A stretch of DNA of 64,000 nucleotides. Source: Lingula anatina (lineage: Eukaryota > Animalia > Brachiopoda). The position numbers were made by a program, and so were the translations under genes. The notes beneath the pieces were generated by a model that worked only from the letters and a program-made list of their open reading frames with translations, ran no database searches and was not told the origin of the DNA. Positions 62,384-64,000 of the stretch are shown piece after piece. Location of the stretch: NCBI GenBank assembly GCA_051362555.1, contig CM120640.1:27800503-27864502 (forward strand), in the 5' to 3' direction. Each line of letters begins with the position of its first letter. Position 1 is the stretch's first letter.

Positions 62384-64000
62384 CTGGAAATATACAGAGA
62401 GAACAATACAGTTAGGATGCAATAAATGTCATTTTAGGGTAACAAAATAGTCTCTACTGCAGTTACCTGTATTCACAAGAATGGCAATTAAAGCTAATAA
62501 CATACTGCTGTCATTACTCATGTAAGCAGACCTTGAGTACGTGCAGTTGCATCTAGAAATATTCATCAGAATGGCATTTACTTGTGTTGCAACTTTCTGC
62601 AGTGCCTCATCAAAAATGCCTAAGTGTGCACTTTTGTAGCCTTTTGTCATGTATCAATTTCAATTTTGAAATTTCTGCCAAATAAATACATGTTTTTCAA
62701 TTGAAAATGAAAGAGGAAATGAAAACCTGACTAGCTTTCAGCTTCTGAACTAAATGTTTGTGAATCATCAAATTACCTATGATTCTTAGACATTAAAATG
62801 TAGACAAGATCTAGATAAATATAGCATTAACAACAATAACAATAATTAGGGACCTTTCAGGAAAAATGCAAACATGTGTATGTATATGTATGGTGAGAGA
62901 GAGAGAGAGAGTGAGAGTGAGTTAAGATCTTGAATTTGGTTTATTTTATAATAAGTTACTTTTGGTCCAATTCTATAAAAAGCTGCTTTTAAAGCATGTG
63001 AATTGTGGGCCAACTTCATACTCTCACTGTGAAATCAAACTAAAAATTCAATCCCAACAACATGTAAATGTCACATTCGTACAAATTACCCCTAAGGTAA
63101 AAATTGTTCTATGAGAATCAGATTTCTATCAGTTTTTACAGTGCTTTCTGCTTTTCAACAATGCAACGGAAACACTGCCCTGTATTGAGACATGAATGAC
63201 ACTACTGGTACCACATGGAAATTTTGATGATCTAGGATGATCAAGGTCAAAAGTGAGAAATTGTACGGAAAAACTACTATATGCGGCTTTTAACAAGCAT
63301 AACAGCATGTATTTGTGAAACAAAATTCACTTACTGTACAAGGAAATCTTAGTCCATTTCATATGCATGTTACCCTGCATTATAAAATCTTAAAACCAAA
63401 AAACTTAACTCTGTTTATACTTATTCCTACTTTCTGTGACAATAGGTAAGGGTTAAATTTAAAGGTGACCAATTTTGACTCATTCTTGAGAATCTAGTCT
63501 TCAATCAAATTGGCATTTATTAAAACATGCATGCAACGTTATGATCTAAACGAGCTACCTCAAAATTTGTTAAGGTATAATAACACTTTTGATTGCTCTT
63601 TCACTTGTTTGTAGTCCTGAGTTAGTGTTTTGACATTTTATTGAACTTACTACCAATCAAGTTGTCACACTAATAACACTAGTAACAGGCTGTGTTTACA
63701 AATTTACTTCACACAATTTTCAGCACAGAATTGAAAATCATACTCTTAGGTCTAGCACCTACCCAAAAAATCAAACTCAAAATAATTAAAACACTTTTGG
63801 CTGTAACACTGCAGGCGCCCATGATGTTTTGGAATTCCGCTGAAGACTGTTCTTCAAAAAATCACGTCTATTTCACCACAAGACCCAGTTTTCAATGCGC
63901 GGTTTCAACTTGTTGCTGACACATTAGCCACTGTCCCGTGACTTTGACGTATCACGTGATAATTACTCTCTATTTCTAAAAAATATATAATTTCCAACGA

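Noticed and set aside
63220-63290. TCAAGGTCA-containing stretch resembling another HINE relic
   Set aside because: Too short and degenerate; no termini found.
62384-64000. Search for tetraspanin exon 1
   Set aside because: No ATG-initiated segment encoding the start of TM1 with a phase-0 donor was found; it probably lies beyond the window.

Overview
Intron-rich, AT-rich animal genomic DNA, most consistent with an invertebrate bilaterian. A mollusc or other lophotrochozoan is my guess from the repeat types, not proven. Four protein-coding genes can be reconstructed by hand from GT-AG splice sites and reading-frame continuity. (1) The 5' end of CRTC/TORC (minus strand, exons 1-2; the rest runs off the left edge). 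(2) A complete IQGAP gene (minus, 17939-53201, 41 constitutive exons, 1653 aa) plus two candidate alternative microexons of 9 and 15 nt. (3) A FAM81-family gene (plus, 54653-57329), head-to-head with IQGAP across a short shared promoter. (4) A TSPAN3-like tetraspanin (minus, exons 2-7). Introns hold two unrelated non-autonomous Helentron/HINE-like elements, a 5'-truncated Rex1/Babar-type LINE nested in one of them, TAA-flanked Tourist-like MITEs and microsatellites. The most unusual observations are: a 7-kb HINE in CRTC intron 2 that has grown about 30 copies of a 146-bp monomer with a 1488-bp higher-order repeat, nearly every monomer carrying a perfect AGGTCA-A-AGGTCA (DR1/RORE-type) nuclear-receptor site; a 9-nt IQGAP microexon that would create an RRGS (PKA-type) site in the GAP-related domain; and IQGAP-CRTC adjacency that matches human IQGAP1-CRTC3. 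All coordinates were counted by hand and may be off by a few bases. No database searches were run.
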